Source: Candidatus Latescibacterota bacterium (GTDB taxonomy: Bacteria > Krumholzibacteriota > Krumholzibacteriia > WVZY01). Taken from it: 64,000 bases of DNA. Within the stretch, counting starts at the first letter, position 1; each line of letters starts with the position of its first letter. This document shows positions 8,614 through 19,201 of the stretch, piece after piece. Under the pieces are notes generated by a model that worked only from the letters and a program-made list of their open reading frames with translations, was not told where the DNA came from and did no database searches. Made by a program: the position numbers and the translations under genes. Location of the stretch: the NCBI GenBank assembly GCA_963791045.1, contig CAWBQK010000011.1, positions 256,001 through 320,000 of the forward strand, written 5' to 3'.

Positions 8614-10506
8614 ATGCACGGAGAAGGATTCTTTTTTCAGGCGTTTATCTATCTCACCGCGGCGGTGGTTTCGGTGCCGATCGCCAAGCGGCTCGGCCTG
8701 GGGTCGGTGCTTGGATATCTTTTTGCGGGAATGATTATCGGGCCGTTCGGGTTCGGGCTGGTCGGTGAAGAAGGTCAGGATATCATGCACTTCGCTGAGT
8801 TTGGCGTGGTGATGATGCTCTTTCTCGTAGGCCTCGAACTTCAGCCGTCGCTCTTGTGGCGGCTTCGCGGCCCCGTCATTGGACTGGGAGGGCTTCAGGT
8901 TGGAATAACCGCGGGTATTGGGATGGGGATCGGTATGGCGTTTGGTCTCGACTGGAGGCCCGCGCTGGCCATCGGTATGACCCTTGCGCTTTCATCGACC
9001 GCTATAGTGCTGCAGACGCTATCCGAAAAACAATTGATGCGGACAGACGCCGGACAAAGTTCGTTCGCCGTACTGCTGTTTCAGGATATCGCCGTGATCC
9101 CAATGCTCGCTCTCTTTCCGCTCCTTGCGATTGGGGCTGTCGGCCACGGACACGGAGCGTCGGGCGGCGGTACATGGGTCGCCGGCTTGCCCGGTTGGGC
9201 TCAGACCCTCGCCGTTCTTGCCGTTGTCGCCGCGATTGTTCTCGCGGGGAGATTTCTTGCCCGGCGTGCGTTTCGGTTGATCGCTCAGACCCGGCTGCGC
9301 GAAACTTTCACCGCAACCGCGCTTCTTCTCGTTATCGGCATCGCCCTTCTTATGTCCAAAGTTGGCCTGAGCCCCGCGCTTGGGACATTTCTTGCGGGCG
9401 TGGTTCTCGCCAACAATGAATATCGGCACGAACTCGAAAGCGATATCGATCCTTTCAAAGGGTTGCTTCTCGGGCTTTTCTTTATCGCCGTCGGCGCATC
9501 GATCGATTTTCACCTCGTTGCCGCGCGTCCGGTCTTGATCGCCTCCGTTGTGGGCATACTGATCCTGGTCAAATTTGCCGTTCTCTTCTTTTTGGGCCGC
9601 GTGTTCAAGATGGGTCTTGACCAGAACGTGTTGTTCGCCTTCGCGCTGGCTCAATCCGGAGAATTCGGTTTCGTCCTTTTTTCATTCGCCGTGCAGAACG
9701 GGGTCATCTCCCCCGAAGTGACGAACATTCTAATGGCGGTCGTGGCTTTGTCGATGGCCGTCACGCCGTTCTTGATGCTCTTGAACGAGAAACTCGTTCA
9801 ACCCCGGTTCGGAACCAAAGAACGTGCCGAGCGCGACGCGGATGAATTCGATGAACGAAACCCCGTAATCATCGCCGGATTCGGGCGTTTTGGAAACATC
9901 GTGGGCCGGTTGCTCGCCGCGAATAACATAAAGGCCACCGTTCTTGAATACGATTCGGATCACGTTGAGGTTCTCAGGAAGCTCGGCTTTGAGGTTTTCT
10001 ACGGCGATGCTTCACGGCACGACCTGTTGCTGGCCGCGGGTGCCGAGGACGCGAGGATCATTGTTCTGGCGCTCGATGATCCTTCGAAAACACTCGGGAT
10101 GGTTGGGACGGTCAGAAAACATTTTCCGCATTTGCAAATAGTGGCGAGGGCGAACGGTCGCCCTGAGGCCTATGATCTTTATTGCGCCGGTGTCGACCAC
10201 GTTTATCGTGACACGCTGGATACGTCTCTGCGAATGGGGATCGATGTGCTCAGAATGATGGGACTTCGCGGTTTCCACGCGCACCGTTCAGCGCGGTTGT
10301 TTCGCAAGCACGACGAGCAATCGGTCCGCGAACTCGCCTCGATGCGTCATGATCAAAAGGCGTATTTTACGGTGGCCCGGCAACGAATCAAAGATCTCGA
10401 GCAAATACTGCTGTTGGAGCTCGAGGGTAAAGGCCAGGAAAGGGACGTTGGGTGGGACACCGAGGCTCTCCGCAAAGAATTCGGCGGAAAGTCAACCGAC
10501 GATTGA
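8614..10506 (+). CDS. kefB: Kef-type K+ efflux antiporter (CPA2 plus KTN domain)
   Basis: LSSTAIVLQ, LLFQD, YRHELESDI.PFKGLLLGLFF and KTN motifs IAGFGRFG, FYGDA. kefB versus kefC cannot be resolved. Confidence 0.88.
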   Translation: MHGEGFFFQAFIYLTAAVVSVPIAKRLGLGSVLGYLFAGMIIGPFGFGLVGEEGQDIMHFAEFGVVMMLFLVGLELQPSLLWRLRGPVIGLGGLQVGITAGIGMGIGMAFGLDWRPALAIGMTLALSSTAIVLQTLSEKQLMRTDAGQSSFAVLLFQDIAVIPMLALFPLLAIGAVGHGHGASGGGTWVAGLPGWAQTLAVLAVVAAIVLAGRFLARRAFRLIAQTRLRETFTATALLLVIGIALLMSKVGLSPALGTFLAGVVLANNEYRHELESDIDPFKGLLLGLFFIAVGASIDFHLVAARPVLIASVVGILILVKFAVLFFLGRVFKMGLDQNVLFAFALAQSGEFGFVLFSFAVQNGVISPEVTNILMAVVALSMAVTPFLMLLNEKLVQPRFGTKERAERDADEFDERNPVIIAGFGRFGNIVGRLLAANNIKATVLEYDSDHVEVLRKLGFEVFYGDASRHDLLLAAGAEDARIIVLALDDPSKTLGMVGTVRKHFPHLQIVARANGRPEAYDLYCAGVDHVYRDTLDTSLRMGIDVLRMMGLRGFHAHRSARLFRKHDEQSVRELASMRHDQKAYFTVARQRIKDLEQILLLELEGKGQERDVGWDTEALRKEFGGKSTDD

Positions 10507-10549
10507 TTTCATGACCGCAATGGAACGCCTGGGTGTCGCCGCGATTTGT

Positions 10550-12136
10550 CTAACGCCGCCGATTCGGCCGCGGTGAGGATGGTCCGGGGGGATCGATCGC
10601 CCATTCGCCCGCGGCGAGCCGAGAGAGAAGCGGTTGGATGATCCGGTAGGTGGCGCCCCAGAGTTTGTATTCGCCGATCCGGTAAAACGCGACTTTCCTT
10701 GGTTCGGGCCATTCGGGGAAGGTCCACATTTCTTCATCGTGATTGTCGGGGTTGAGGTCGGTGACGCTTATGTCGAGGATTTCTTCGATTTCTCTCTCAT
10801 CGCGCCGCCACGGGTTGGCGGGGCGAATCTTCCCAAGGAAGGGATGGATCTGGAAGCCGGTTGTCACGGTGTCGACGATTGGGAGTGTCGAGAGGATCTT
10901 GACCGCCGTGGGGTTGATTCCGATTTCTTCATACGCTTCGCGTAGCGCCGTGTCAAGCAGTGACGTATCCTCGTCGACGGGTTTGCCGCCGGGGAACGCG
11001 AGTTGTCCGCCGTGGACGCCCTCGTTGGATCTTCGGACGAGGATGATTCGAAGATCACCGTCCTCCGTCCGATAGACGGGTACGAGCACGGCTGAGTCCT
11101 GACGTGTCTTTTGCGTGAAGAGTTGTTCGACGCCGGAACGGATCACGGTCCACTGGAGATTCATCTGATCGACGACGGGCACCGGTCGCAGATCCGACGC
11201 CTCGATCTCGGATTCAACCGCGGTGGCGTCGCCATCGCGCAGTCGCGATTGCCAATCGATGATCTTCTCCCGCCAGCTGTCCGCCGCCGGATCGGTTGGG
11301 TCGATGGTCTCGCCGACACCGGGAAGAATAAACAACGGCACCTCGGTAACGATTGTCAACGGGTCTCCGCCGTACGAGCGGATTGTTTCCATCGAACTCG
11401 GACGAAACCTTCTTGCCGTGTCGGAGTCTCCGAGCTTGTTGAAATACGCGACCATCGCTTTTGAATCGGGTCTCGTGCAAAAACCCCTCTCGATTCGCTC
11501 AAATCCCTTTTCGCCGTTACGCTGAACGTCGTGGAGCGCGTATCCCATTCTCCGTACGGCCGCGCCGCAGTTGTTTCTTATGGCTTCGCAGCGCATCGCC
11601 CAGGCGGAATCGATTAGAAACCACGGGCCGCCGCCAAACGCCATCCCGTGGAGCGACACGTGAAGGTCAAAGGGTGCTTCCGCGGTCTGCCACCATTCGA
11701 AGATGGCGCGGTTTTCGGGCCGTGCGCCGTCATCGTTTTGAGCGCGTGGAAACGCGAATTCGATATCGTCGCCAGGAAGCTCCCGGACGACATGACGAAG
11801 GTAGGCGGCGAGATCGTATCGATCCGGATCTCCGTCGAACCATGCGCGGTTCCGTTCCGCCCCATCGGGGTTTGCGTTCGGGACGATCCACCACTCGAAT
11901 TCAGAAAGGACAGAAGAGGAGGGAGAAGCCTGCGAGAGATACCTGACGAGGTTGTCGAGCAGACGCGGGCCGACGGGTTCATCCGCATGGCAACCGGCGA
12001 TGAGACTGACTCTGGTCAGCCCGGAGCCAAACCGGTAGCCCGTTACGGATCGACCGTCGCGTGAGCGCCCAAGATCAATCGCGTTGGAAAGTTTTGTTCT
12101 CTCCCCGGCGAGCAACTCTTCAAAAGATGGCAGCAT
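10550..12136 (-). CDS. M14 zinc carboxypeptidase-like domain fused to a CoA-pyrophosphatase Nudix domain
   Basis: GCHADE, VPNANPDG, SLHG (M14), then HGGQLAFPGG...ALREAYEEIG and LWGATY (CoAse Nudix) in one ORF. Confidence 0.8.
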   Translation of the reverse strand: MLPSFEELLAGERTKLSNAIDLGRSRDGRSVTGYRFGSGLTRVSLIAGCHADEPVGPRLLDNLVRYLSQASPSSSVLSEFEWWIVPNANPDGAERNRAWFDGDPDRYDLAAYLRHVVRELPGDDIEFAFPRAQNDDGARPENRAIFEWWQTAEAPFDLHVSLHGMAFGGGPWFLIDSAWAMRCEAIRNNCGAAVRRMGYALHDVQRNGEKGFERIERGFCTRPDSKAMVAYFNKLGDSDTARRFRPSSMETIRSYGGDPLTIVTEVPLFILPGVGETIDPTDPAADSWREKIIDWQSRLRDGDATAVESEIEASDLRPVPVVDQMNLQWTVIRSGVEQLFTQKTRQDSAVLVPVYRTEDGDLRIILVRRSNEGVHGGQLAFPGGKPVDEDTSLLDTALREAYEEIGINPTAVKILSTLPIVDTVTTGFQIHPFLGKIRPANPWRRDEREIEEILDISVTDLNPDNHDEEMWTFPEWPEPRKVAFYRIGEYKLWGATYRIIQPLLSRLAAGEWAIDPPGPSSPRPNRRR

Positions 12137-12188
12137 TTTTCCTGTGTTGTCTGTGCTCGAGCGAGGGGATGAGGGACTAATTGTCTGG

Positions 12189-12695
12189 TCACTCTTCTGA
12201 AATCGTCACGAAGAACGTCAGATTAACCTCGCTCTCGAGGTGGCCGCTAAATATTCCTTTTTTGGAATCCCAGTCCTGGATCTTCAGTGTGCCGTTGAGA
12301 GCGGTTTCAACTGTGGTCGCCGGACCGAGTGCGCCGCCTTCGTCGGTTATTGCCGTTGTCGCGGACACAAATCCGGGGCAATCTCCCGATAGGCCGGAGA
12401 GAACGATCCGATCTTCAAACGCACATTCATCACCACACATCCCCCGCCGCGTAAGCACAAGCCTGTCTTCTTCGACAGCGGCGATCCAGGCCTGCTGGAT
12501 ATCGTTCCAGTCTACCACAAAACCGGACCGTTCCGTAAGCTTAAGATCTACATCGCATTTGACGTCGATCTGGGGGCTCTCTTCACTTTTCGATCCGGCG
12601 ATGTTGCAGCCGACGATACAAAACGCCAAAGAAAGCAAAGCCGTACAACTCGAAAGCAAAATACATCGTGAGATTCTTCTCATTAACTTCTCCAA
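12189..12695 (-). CDS. Hypothetical lipoprotein
   Basis: Hydrophobic leader with IVGC lipobox; no recognisable family. Confidence 0.6.
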   Translation of the reverse strand: MEKLMRRISRCILLSSCTALLSLAFCIVGCNIAGSKSEESPQIDVKCDVDLKLTERSGFVVDWNDIQQAWIAAVEEDRLVLTRRGMCGDECAFEDRIVLSGLSGDCPGFVSATTAITDEGGALGPATTVETALNGTLKIQDWDSKKGIFSGHLESEVNLTFFVTISEE

Positions 12696-12955
12696 TTTCG
12701 GTCAAGGCCTCTGCGTCAAAAAATTCTTTGAACGTAATGAGTATGTTATACCTGGTTCAATATTAACAACGCATGGTGTCGGGCCACAAATATTCTACAA
12801 CATAAAAATTTGGTTATCCAAGCATACTTCTAACAATCAGAGGTTCACAATAGTGAAAACACTACGACAAAGTAATTCGTCGTTGTGTTTGTGAAATGTT
12901 TCTCCATGGAGTGTGAGTTTGTTGCATTAGAATGCGGTTAATCACGTGTTTTGTG

Positions 12956-12985
12956 TTGACACTCGCAAAATATAAAGTGTAGCCT
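12956..12985 (+). promoter_or_regulatory. Putative sigma-70 promoter in the AT-rich region upstream of the M43 peptidase
   Basis: TTGACA-18 nt-TAGCCT within an AT-rich intergenic stretch of about 500 bp. Confidence 0.4.
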
Positions 12986-13189
12986 CCCTCCACCATATCA
13001 ATGGTGCAGCTCTTGACCGATCAAAAATATTTCATTGCTTTGCCGAACTCCGGGTTTTGAGGGGATGGGCAACGTTGTCTCTGCGAAACCTTTTGTGGAA
13101 TGTTTTGGCAGCGCGTTATTTTATTTTTGTCGGTTGTATCGCCCAACACTCATCGTCAACCCCCACCCTCTTTGTAAGGAGGAAAGCGC

Positions 13190-15745
13190 ATGCGCTTGAG
13201 ATTCAAAATTGGACTCATTGCACTCGTAGCTTTCATCGTATTCCTGGCGCCCGCGTGGTTTACACCACAGAACGCGGTGTCGGAAGTTCCGTTTCTTGAC
13301 TGTGGATCGGCCGTAACACCCGAAGAAGCGGCGGCGTTCAAGGCTCGATGGGCCAATGAACCCCCGATGCTGGCTCCCCCAGTGGTCCCGGCATCGATGT
13401 GCGTGCCGATTGCCGCGCATATCGTTCGTACGGACGAAGGAACCGGCGGTCTCCCGATGTCGCAGCTGGACCAGGCGATGCTCGATGCCAACGCCTATTA
13501 TGCGAACACGGGAATTTCGTACTATGTTTTGAGCGTCGATTACATTGACGACGATGATTACTACTACAACATCAACACCAATGCGGAAATCGCCGCGCTC
13601 AAAGGCGAAAATGTTGTCGCCGACGCGATCAACATCTATTTCACGCCGAACCTGAGCAACGAAAATGGTGGGCTCTGCGGCATTTCTTCGTTCACAACGA
13701 ACCCGGTTCAGGGAATCGCGATGGCGAATGGTTGCACCGGTGTCTCCTCCAATCCGTCGAGTTTTCCACACGAGATAGGCCACTACTTCGATCTCTACCA
13801 CACACACGAGACGGCGTTTGGAGACGAACTCGTCGACGGTTCAAATTGTGGGACCACAGGCGACCTTCTCTGCGACACACCAGCCGATCCGACGCTGAGG
13901 ACTTCCGGTGGAAGTCAGAACATTGGCGCCGACTGCGTCTACTACGGTACGGAGACAGATGGTAACGGGGACTCTTACACACCCGACACGAGTCAACTCA
14001 TGTCCTATGCGCCGAAGGCTTGCCGTACGACGATCAGCCCTCAGGGCGAGGCCCGTGCGCTCAGCACGCTTCTCGTTCTCCGTCCGAATCTGCTCACCCG
14101 CGGGTGTCCTCCGGAAGCGGACGCCGGCCAGGACAAGACGGTTGAATGTGCCTCTCCGACGACGACCGATGTGACGCTCGACGGCACTGGTTCGAGCGAT
14201 CCCGAGGGCGTTTCGCTTAGCTTTGTTTGGGTGGCTACCGGCGTGACTTTTGATGACGCGACGTCGGCCACGCCGACCGGCGGTTTCTCTTTTGGACAGA
14301 CCATGGTAGTTCTCACCGTCTCGGACGGCGCATTGACGGACAGCGACACGATGTATGTCGATGTCGTCGACACCACGGCCCCGTCGATCACTTGCGCGCC
14401 CGCCGACACGGTTGAGTGTGTCGGTTTCTGCGGTGTGCCAAAGGATGACGCGCAACTCACCGCTTTCTTTGCCGGCGTGTCGGCGAGCGACGTGTGTTGC
14501 GGAGGCGACGTGACGATTACCAACGACGCCCCGGATTGTTTCCCCATGGGGACCACTGACGTGATATTTACGGCAACGGACTGCAATGGGAACGCGGCGG
14601 CGTGCACGACATCGGTAACCGTCGAAGACACAACGCCGCCGGAAATCACGGTGACACTCGACCGCGATCGCCTCTGGCCACCCAACCACAAAATGGCCGA
14701 CATCGGAGCCACGGTGGTTGCTACGGATATCTGCTGTGAATTCCCAACATTCGTGCTCACTTCGATAACAAGTAACGAGCCGGACAACGGTAAGGGCGAC
14801 GGCAACACCGTCGATGACATCCAGGCCGCGAATTTCGGCGCCGACGACACCTCGTTCCAGCTTCGTTCGGAGCGGAGCGGCAAGGGTGACGGCCGTATCT
14901 ACTCGATCGTTTATACGGCGAGTGACTGCGTCGGAAACACGGCCAGCGATACCGTCGAAGTTCATGTCCCGCACGATCAGTCGGGCTTTGCGTGCGCTTC
15001 GTCAGGATTTGAAACCACGGGCCTCGGGTTCGACCCGGCGCTTGACAAGTTCGTACTTATAGTTCCGTCACGGCAGCAGAGCGACGACGGTGTCCAGGCG
15101 TTCGACGCGACGACCCTCGATGTGTCCAGGATGTACGTTGGAAACGTCAAGGGCGTCACGACTCCCATCGAACACAAGCTCATTGACAACAATGTCGATG
15201 GTATGATGGACCTCGCCGTGTATTACTCGGCCCAGGCCGTCAATTTGATTCTCGATGATTCGACACCGACGACAGACGGTTCGGTTGCCATCGACGAGAA
15301 CTATGGCGCGATTGGTCTTCACTATGTCGGCGCCGACGGCACCGATTACCTTGTGCCGAATATCTTCGAGTTGGGTGAGCCGGTGCCGCTGGTGCCGACA
15401 GTTACACTGGGCCGCACGGGTGGTCTCGGTGGCGGCACGCCGGGTGACCGCGATGCGGACACCCCAACGGTGACGGCGCTGGGTGAAGCCTACCCGAACC
15501 CGTTCAACCCGACGACGACCGTTCCGTTCACCCTGTTGACTTCGGAGACCGTAACGCTCCGAATCTATGACGCCACGGGCAAGCTCGTTCGCACGCTCAA
15601 GAATGAAAGCATGCCGGCGGGTGTCCACCAGGCCGTATGGGATGGACGCGACGATGTTGGAAGCCAGGCAGCCACGGGTGTGTACTTTGTGCGCCTTGTT
15701 GCCGGCAGCCAGCAGATGACCAAAAAGGTCGTGATGCTCAAGTAG
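13190..15745 (+). CDS. Secreted M43 (pappalysin/ulilysin-like) metallopeptidase with PKD/HYR-like domains and a C-terminal FlgD-Ig/T9SS-type domain
   Basis: Signal peptide, HEIGHYFDLYHT zinc motif, CDTPAD, Met-turn LMSY, DTTAP/DTTPP repeats, LWPPNHKM and YPNPFNP...IYDATGKLV...WDG...GVYF tail. Confidence 0.9.
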   Translation: MRLRFKIGLIALVAFIVFLAPAWFTPQNAVSEVPFLDCGSAVTPEEAAAFKARWANEPPMLAPPVVPASMCVPIAAHIVRTDEGTGGLPMSQLDQAMLDANAYYANTGISYYVLSVDYIDDDDYYYNINTNAEIAALKGENVVADAINIYFTPNLSNENGGLCGISSFTTNPVQGIAMANGCTGVSSNPSSFPHEIGHYFDLYHTHETAFGDELVDGSNCGTTGDLLCDTPADPTLRTSGGSQNIGADCVYYGTETDGNGDSYTPDTSQLMSYAPKACRTTISPQGEARALSTLLVLRPNLLTRGCPPEADAGQDKTVECASPTTTDVTLDGTGSSDPEGVSLSFVWVATGVTFDDATSATPTGGFSFGQTMVVLTVSDGALTDSDTMYVDVVDTTAPSITCAPADTVECVGFCGVPKDDAQLTAFFAGVSASDVCCGGDVTITNDAPDCFPMGTTDVIFTATDCNGNAAACTTSVTVEDTTPPEITVTLDRDRLWPPNHKMADIGATVVATDICCEFPTFVLTSITSNEPDNGKGDGNTVDDIQAANFGADDTSFQLRSERSGKGDGRIYSIVYTASDCVGNTASDTVEVHVPHDQSGFACASSGFETTGLGFDPALDKFVLIVPSRQQSDDGVQAFDATTLDVSRMYVGNVKGVTTPIEHKLIDNNVDGMMDLAVYYSAQAVNLILDDSTPTTDGSVAIDENYGAIGLHYVGADGTDYLVPNIFELGEPVPLVPTVTLGRTGGLGGGTPGDRDADTPTVTALGEAYPNPFNPTTTVPFTLLTSETVTLRIYDATGKLVRTLKNESMPAGVHQAVWDGRDDVGSQAATGVYFVRLVAGSQQMTKKVVMLK

Positions 15746-15773
15746 CGATCGGATCTTATTGCTTCGATAGCTG

Positions 15774-15807
15774 AAAAGGGAGCGGGCGAAGAGCCCGCTC
15801 CCTTTTT
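15774..15807. terminator. Bidirectional intrinsic terminator
   Basis: AAAAGGGAGCGGGC-GAAGA-GCCCGCTCCCTTTTT between convergent genes. Confidence 0.9.
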
Positions 15808-15841
15808 GTTGGCCCAGTGCGATGGAACGCACAAATGAATG

Positions 15842-16837
15842 CTAGAGCGATTCGAGTATTGTTTCAGCCAGCATGTGCCCGCTCATAAAAGCGTCCTCAA
15901 CACGATCGCCGAGGCACCAGTCCCCGCAGACACCGATTCCAAGAGCAGGATCGTAGAGATTCTCCTCCCCCAGCGCTTTTTTGGTTTTGGCAAACCGCCA
16001 ACGATGAATGGCCAGGAATTCAGGTGTCACCTGCGGCAAACCGATCGCCTCGAAGAAAGCGGTAGCGAGCTCTCCGCCCACAGTCTTGGCATCGGTTTCG
16101 ATGTGGGCCTCGGACCATTCGGGAGATCCGTGAATCACCCATGTTTCTTTGTCAGGGCGGCCTGGTTTTGATCGATTTCGCGCGACCCATGAAATCGGTG
16201 ATTCGAAGGCGAACGCGGCGTCCCAGTCAACATCGATGCGATCATTGAATGCGATCATCACCGTCCAACAGGGGAGCATCTCGGCCTTTGCGACCCGGTG
16301 TGAAAGACTGCTAGCACCTGGGAGCAAATCGAGTGTTTGTTCCGGAGGCGCCGTAATGATAATGCGATCAAAACGTCCAGGTTCACGCTGCGTCTCCGAA
16401 AAGACAATCCAGGCTCCGTCCGTCCGTTTGATCCTGGACACCCGTGTGTCAAAAGTGACGGGCACAGAATTCGATAGTTCGCGGCACAACGCGTTCATTT
16501 TCGGCACCGGCACAAGCCTCTCCACTTCGACGAAATCGGATCGAACCACGCCGCTGGTTATATTGACAATCCGGCCTCGCCAAACGTCAACCATCCCCAA
16601 GGAGCGCCACCGGTTGACCGTGTCACGAAACGTCTCGCCGCGGACGGTGAAGTACTGCGCTCCATGGTCAAATTCATAACCGTCCTGCCGCCGGGTGGAC
16701 ATTCGCCCTCCTGGCCCCCGGGCCTTGTCAAAAACGTGAACCCTGCAACCGGCGTCTGAGAGATGACGTGCCGCAGTGAGTCCCGAGAGTCCTGCGCCGA
16801 TGACGGCGATCGCAGAGTCAAAGGATTTTTGGACCAT
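15842..16837 (-). CDS. Renalase-like FAD/NAD(P)-dependent oxidoreductase
   Basis: IGAGLSG, DKARGPGGRMSTRR, FDHGAQYFT, HRWRFA and CGDWCLG.RVE.A..SG. Confidence 0.9.
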   Translation of the reverse strand: MVQKSFDSAIAVIGAGLSGLTAARHLSDAGCRVHVFDKARGPGGRMSTRRQDGYEFDHGAQYFTVRGETFRDTVNRWRSLGMVDVWRGRIVNITSGVVRSDFVEVERLVPVPKMNALCRELSNSVPVTFDTRVSRIKRTDGAWIVFSETQREPGRFDRIIITAPPEQTLDLLPGASSLSHRVAKAEMLPCWTVMIAFNDRIDVDWDAAFAFESPISWVARNRSKPGRPDKETWVIHGSPEWSEAHIETDAKTVGGELATAFFEAIGLPQVTPEFLAIHRWRFAKTKKALGEENLYDPALGIGVCGDWCLGDRVEDAFMSGHMLAETILESL

Positions 16838-16906
16838 CGAATTAGTTTCCGTTCTTTCCTGTGAGTCAAAAAGTTTTTTTGAATAGGTTCCGCGTGTTGC
16901 GGGGGA

Positions 16907-19201
16907 TCACGATCCCTCAATGATTCCGGTCTCGAGATCGAATTCGGGTGGACCAATTGTCACGATTCCGAGATGCCCGTCGACCGTTACGATTTCACCG
17001 TTGGTGATTGCGAGAATATTGTCGCTCACGCCGTTGACGCACGGAATCCCAAGTTCTCTTGCGATAATCGCGCCGTGAATGAGCATTCCCCCTCGACGTT
17101 CGACGATAGCGGCCGCCAACGGAACAACGTGTGACATCGTTGGCTGTATTGCATCGCATACCAGAATCTCTCCGGCGTGGAACGCTTTGAGATCTCCGGG
17201 GCCGAGAACGCGGCGAGCCTTTGCGGTGGCGAGCCCGGGCGCCGCCGGCTGTCCCACGATCTGGCGGGGTTTCTCTCCCTTTTTTGCGGTACGCGACTGA
17301 GCAGCAGTTTTGCCCGGTTCTTCAAGAACGATCGTGCCGCCACTATCGTCTCGAAGCGCCGCGCTCAATGCCGGCGATGATTCTAAGGTTATTGTCGCCC
17401 CGTGCGCGAGACGGCCAGATTTCTTGAGCCTTTTGGCTGCGGTGCCTGCCGCACGCAGGAGTTGTTTTTCGACACGGCCAAGAAGAACGTTATCGTCATC
17501 GCGCAGTTTCCAACTCAACCGCGCGATCTCGATGACCGATTTGGCTTCTTCGTGGCGAGACGGCCCGACAGCGTCAAGCAGACGTTTTTCGAGCTCACCT
17601 GCGCTGCCCGCGTTATGCGGCACGCCGGTGCCGGTTGCGGCTTCCGTTTGGGTCAACTCGACCACGGTATGAAGTACAATATCCGGTCTGGTGTCGAGGG
17701 CCTCTCCACCATAAACGACGCCCATAAATTGATTGCAGAATCGATCGAATTCGTCACCGAACTCCAGGCCACCTTCGAGACCACTTAGTGTTTTTCGAAA
17801 CGATGCCCAGGTTTCCGGTGTAAGTGACTCGGCTGATTCCGCTGCGCGTTCAAGTTTTTCGAAGAGTGCTGGATGTTTTGTCAGAATCATCGCGAGTTTG
17901 TTCAGGGCCGCGTTTCGCTCCGCCGCAATCATTGGTTGGTTTCGCAAGATGCCGATAAACTCATACGAGTCGCTGGGCTTGACGACGTCATTGTAATACT
18001 GCCCCAACTGCCGGACACCGTGGGCAAAGGGAATGAACTCGTCCCAATAAATCTTTTTCCAACGCGCGTGTGTTTCGAAACGGGAATCGATGGCATCGGC
18101 GAGCGCTTCGTCATCGAAGTCTTCGATCGGATCTTTAGCGAGCCGCAGCCCCTCGGCTTCGAGCGCAGGAATCAACTCCTCCGTTACCCGCGCACAAAGC
18201 GCTTTGAGCTTTGACTTGCCCGGACGGAGCGACAGATACCATTCGCGCTGATCATCCTTGTCCTGGGGATGCGAGGCCGTTACCGGGCGTGCCTGGAGCA
18301 CGGTGAAATCGTTCCTTCTTCCGGTCCATTCGATGTCAGGGGGCCAACCGAATTGCTTTTCGATGTCTCGGAGCGTTTGGTGAACCAGAGAGACATCCCC
18401 ATTATCGAGAATCGGAGCGGCGTTGGTGTCGCCGCGTTCGCCCCGTCGGTACTCGATGATCTCGCCGTCGGACCGGCGCACAAACCATCGGTCGGGATCG
18501 ACGGCGCCGTCGACCAGGTCCTGGCACAGCCCAGGAACCGCTTCGATAATTTGTTTATCCTCTCCCGGATTTCTGGGGTCTCTCCCAAAACCCACTCCGG
18601 ATCTGTCTGTGGTCACGAGTGTTTGCACGACGACGGCCATGGCGCTTTCCCCTGCGTCGAGCTCGATCTCCCGACGGTAGAGAAGCGCTGCGTCAGACCA
18701 CAACGACGCCCATACAATTCGAACGGCATCGAGCAGGGCTTCGTCACCCATTACACCAACGACGGATTCATGAAGTCCCGCATACGATTTTGTCTCAGAG
18801 TCCTCTCCAATGGCGGACGAACGAACGGCGAGCGAGACACGAGGTCCGCTGCCAGGAGAGATTTCAGCGAGTTCCCGGTACGATTTCAGGATCATTCGCG
18901 ACACATCTTCGGGAATACCACTTCGCAAAAAAGCTGTTCTGATTCTGAGCGCGGCATCCCATATTTCTTCCCACCGCATGTTCGACATTGATTTGCGCCG
19001 GATCTCCATTTCGATCACTTTTTTGAGTTTTCCATGCTCGAGAAACCGGCGATAGGCTTCTGTCGAAATACAGAAACCATCAGGGACTTTGTAACCCGCA
19101 TCGATGAGTTTGGAGAGTTTAGCCGCTTTGCCGCCGATCCATTGTTCGCTGGTTGACGCGGCTTCCGCAAGAGGAATTACCCATGGGATGGGGGCACCCA
19201 T
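16907..19201 (-). CDS. PEP-synthase/rifamycin-phosphotransferase-like enzyme (ATP-grasp, helical domain, C-terminal phospho-His swivel)
   Basis: IGGKA, AVRSSA..ED...SYAG, DIEW, LQARPVT and GGMLIHGAIIARELGIP. Start uncertain (19201 or 19267). Confidence 0.85.
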   Translation of the reverse strand: MGAPIPWVIPLAEAASTSEQWIGGKAAKLSKLIDAGYKVPDGFCISTEAYRRFLEHGKLKKVIEMEIRRKSMSNMRWEEIWDAALRIRTAFLRSGIPEDVSRMILKSYRELAEISPGSGPRVSLAVRSSAIGEDSETKSYAGLHESVVGVMGDEALLDAVRIVWASLWSDAALLYRREIELDAGESAMAVVVQTLVTTDRSGVGFGRDPRNPGEDKQIIEAVPGLCQDLVDGAVDPDRWFVRRSDGEIIEYRRGERGDTNAAPILDNGDVSLVHQTLRDIEKQFGWPPDIEWTGRRNDFTVLQARPVTASHPQDKDDQREWYLSLRPGKSKLKALCARVTEELIPALEAEGLRLAKDPIEDFDDEALADAIDSRFETHARWKKIYWDEFIPFAHGVRQLGQYYNDVVKPSDSYEFIGILRNQPMIAAERNAALNKLAMILTKHPALFEKLERAAESAESLTPETWASFRKTLSGLEGGLEFGDEFDRFCNQFMGVVYGGEALDTRPDIVLHTVVELTQTEAATGTGVPHNAGSAGELEKRLLDAVGPSRHEEAKSVIEIARLSWKLRDDDNVLLGRVEKQLLRAAGTAAKRLKKSGRLAHGATITLESSPALSAALRDDSGGTIVLEEPGKTAAQSRTAKKGEKPRQIVGQPAAPGLATAKARRVLGPGDLKAFHAGEILVCDAIQPTMSHVVPLAAAIVERRGGMLIHGAIIARELGIPCVNGVSDNILAITNGEIVTVDGHLGIVTIGPPEFDLETGIIEGS

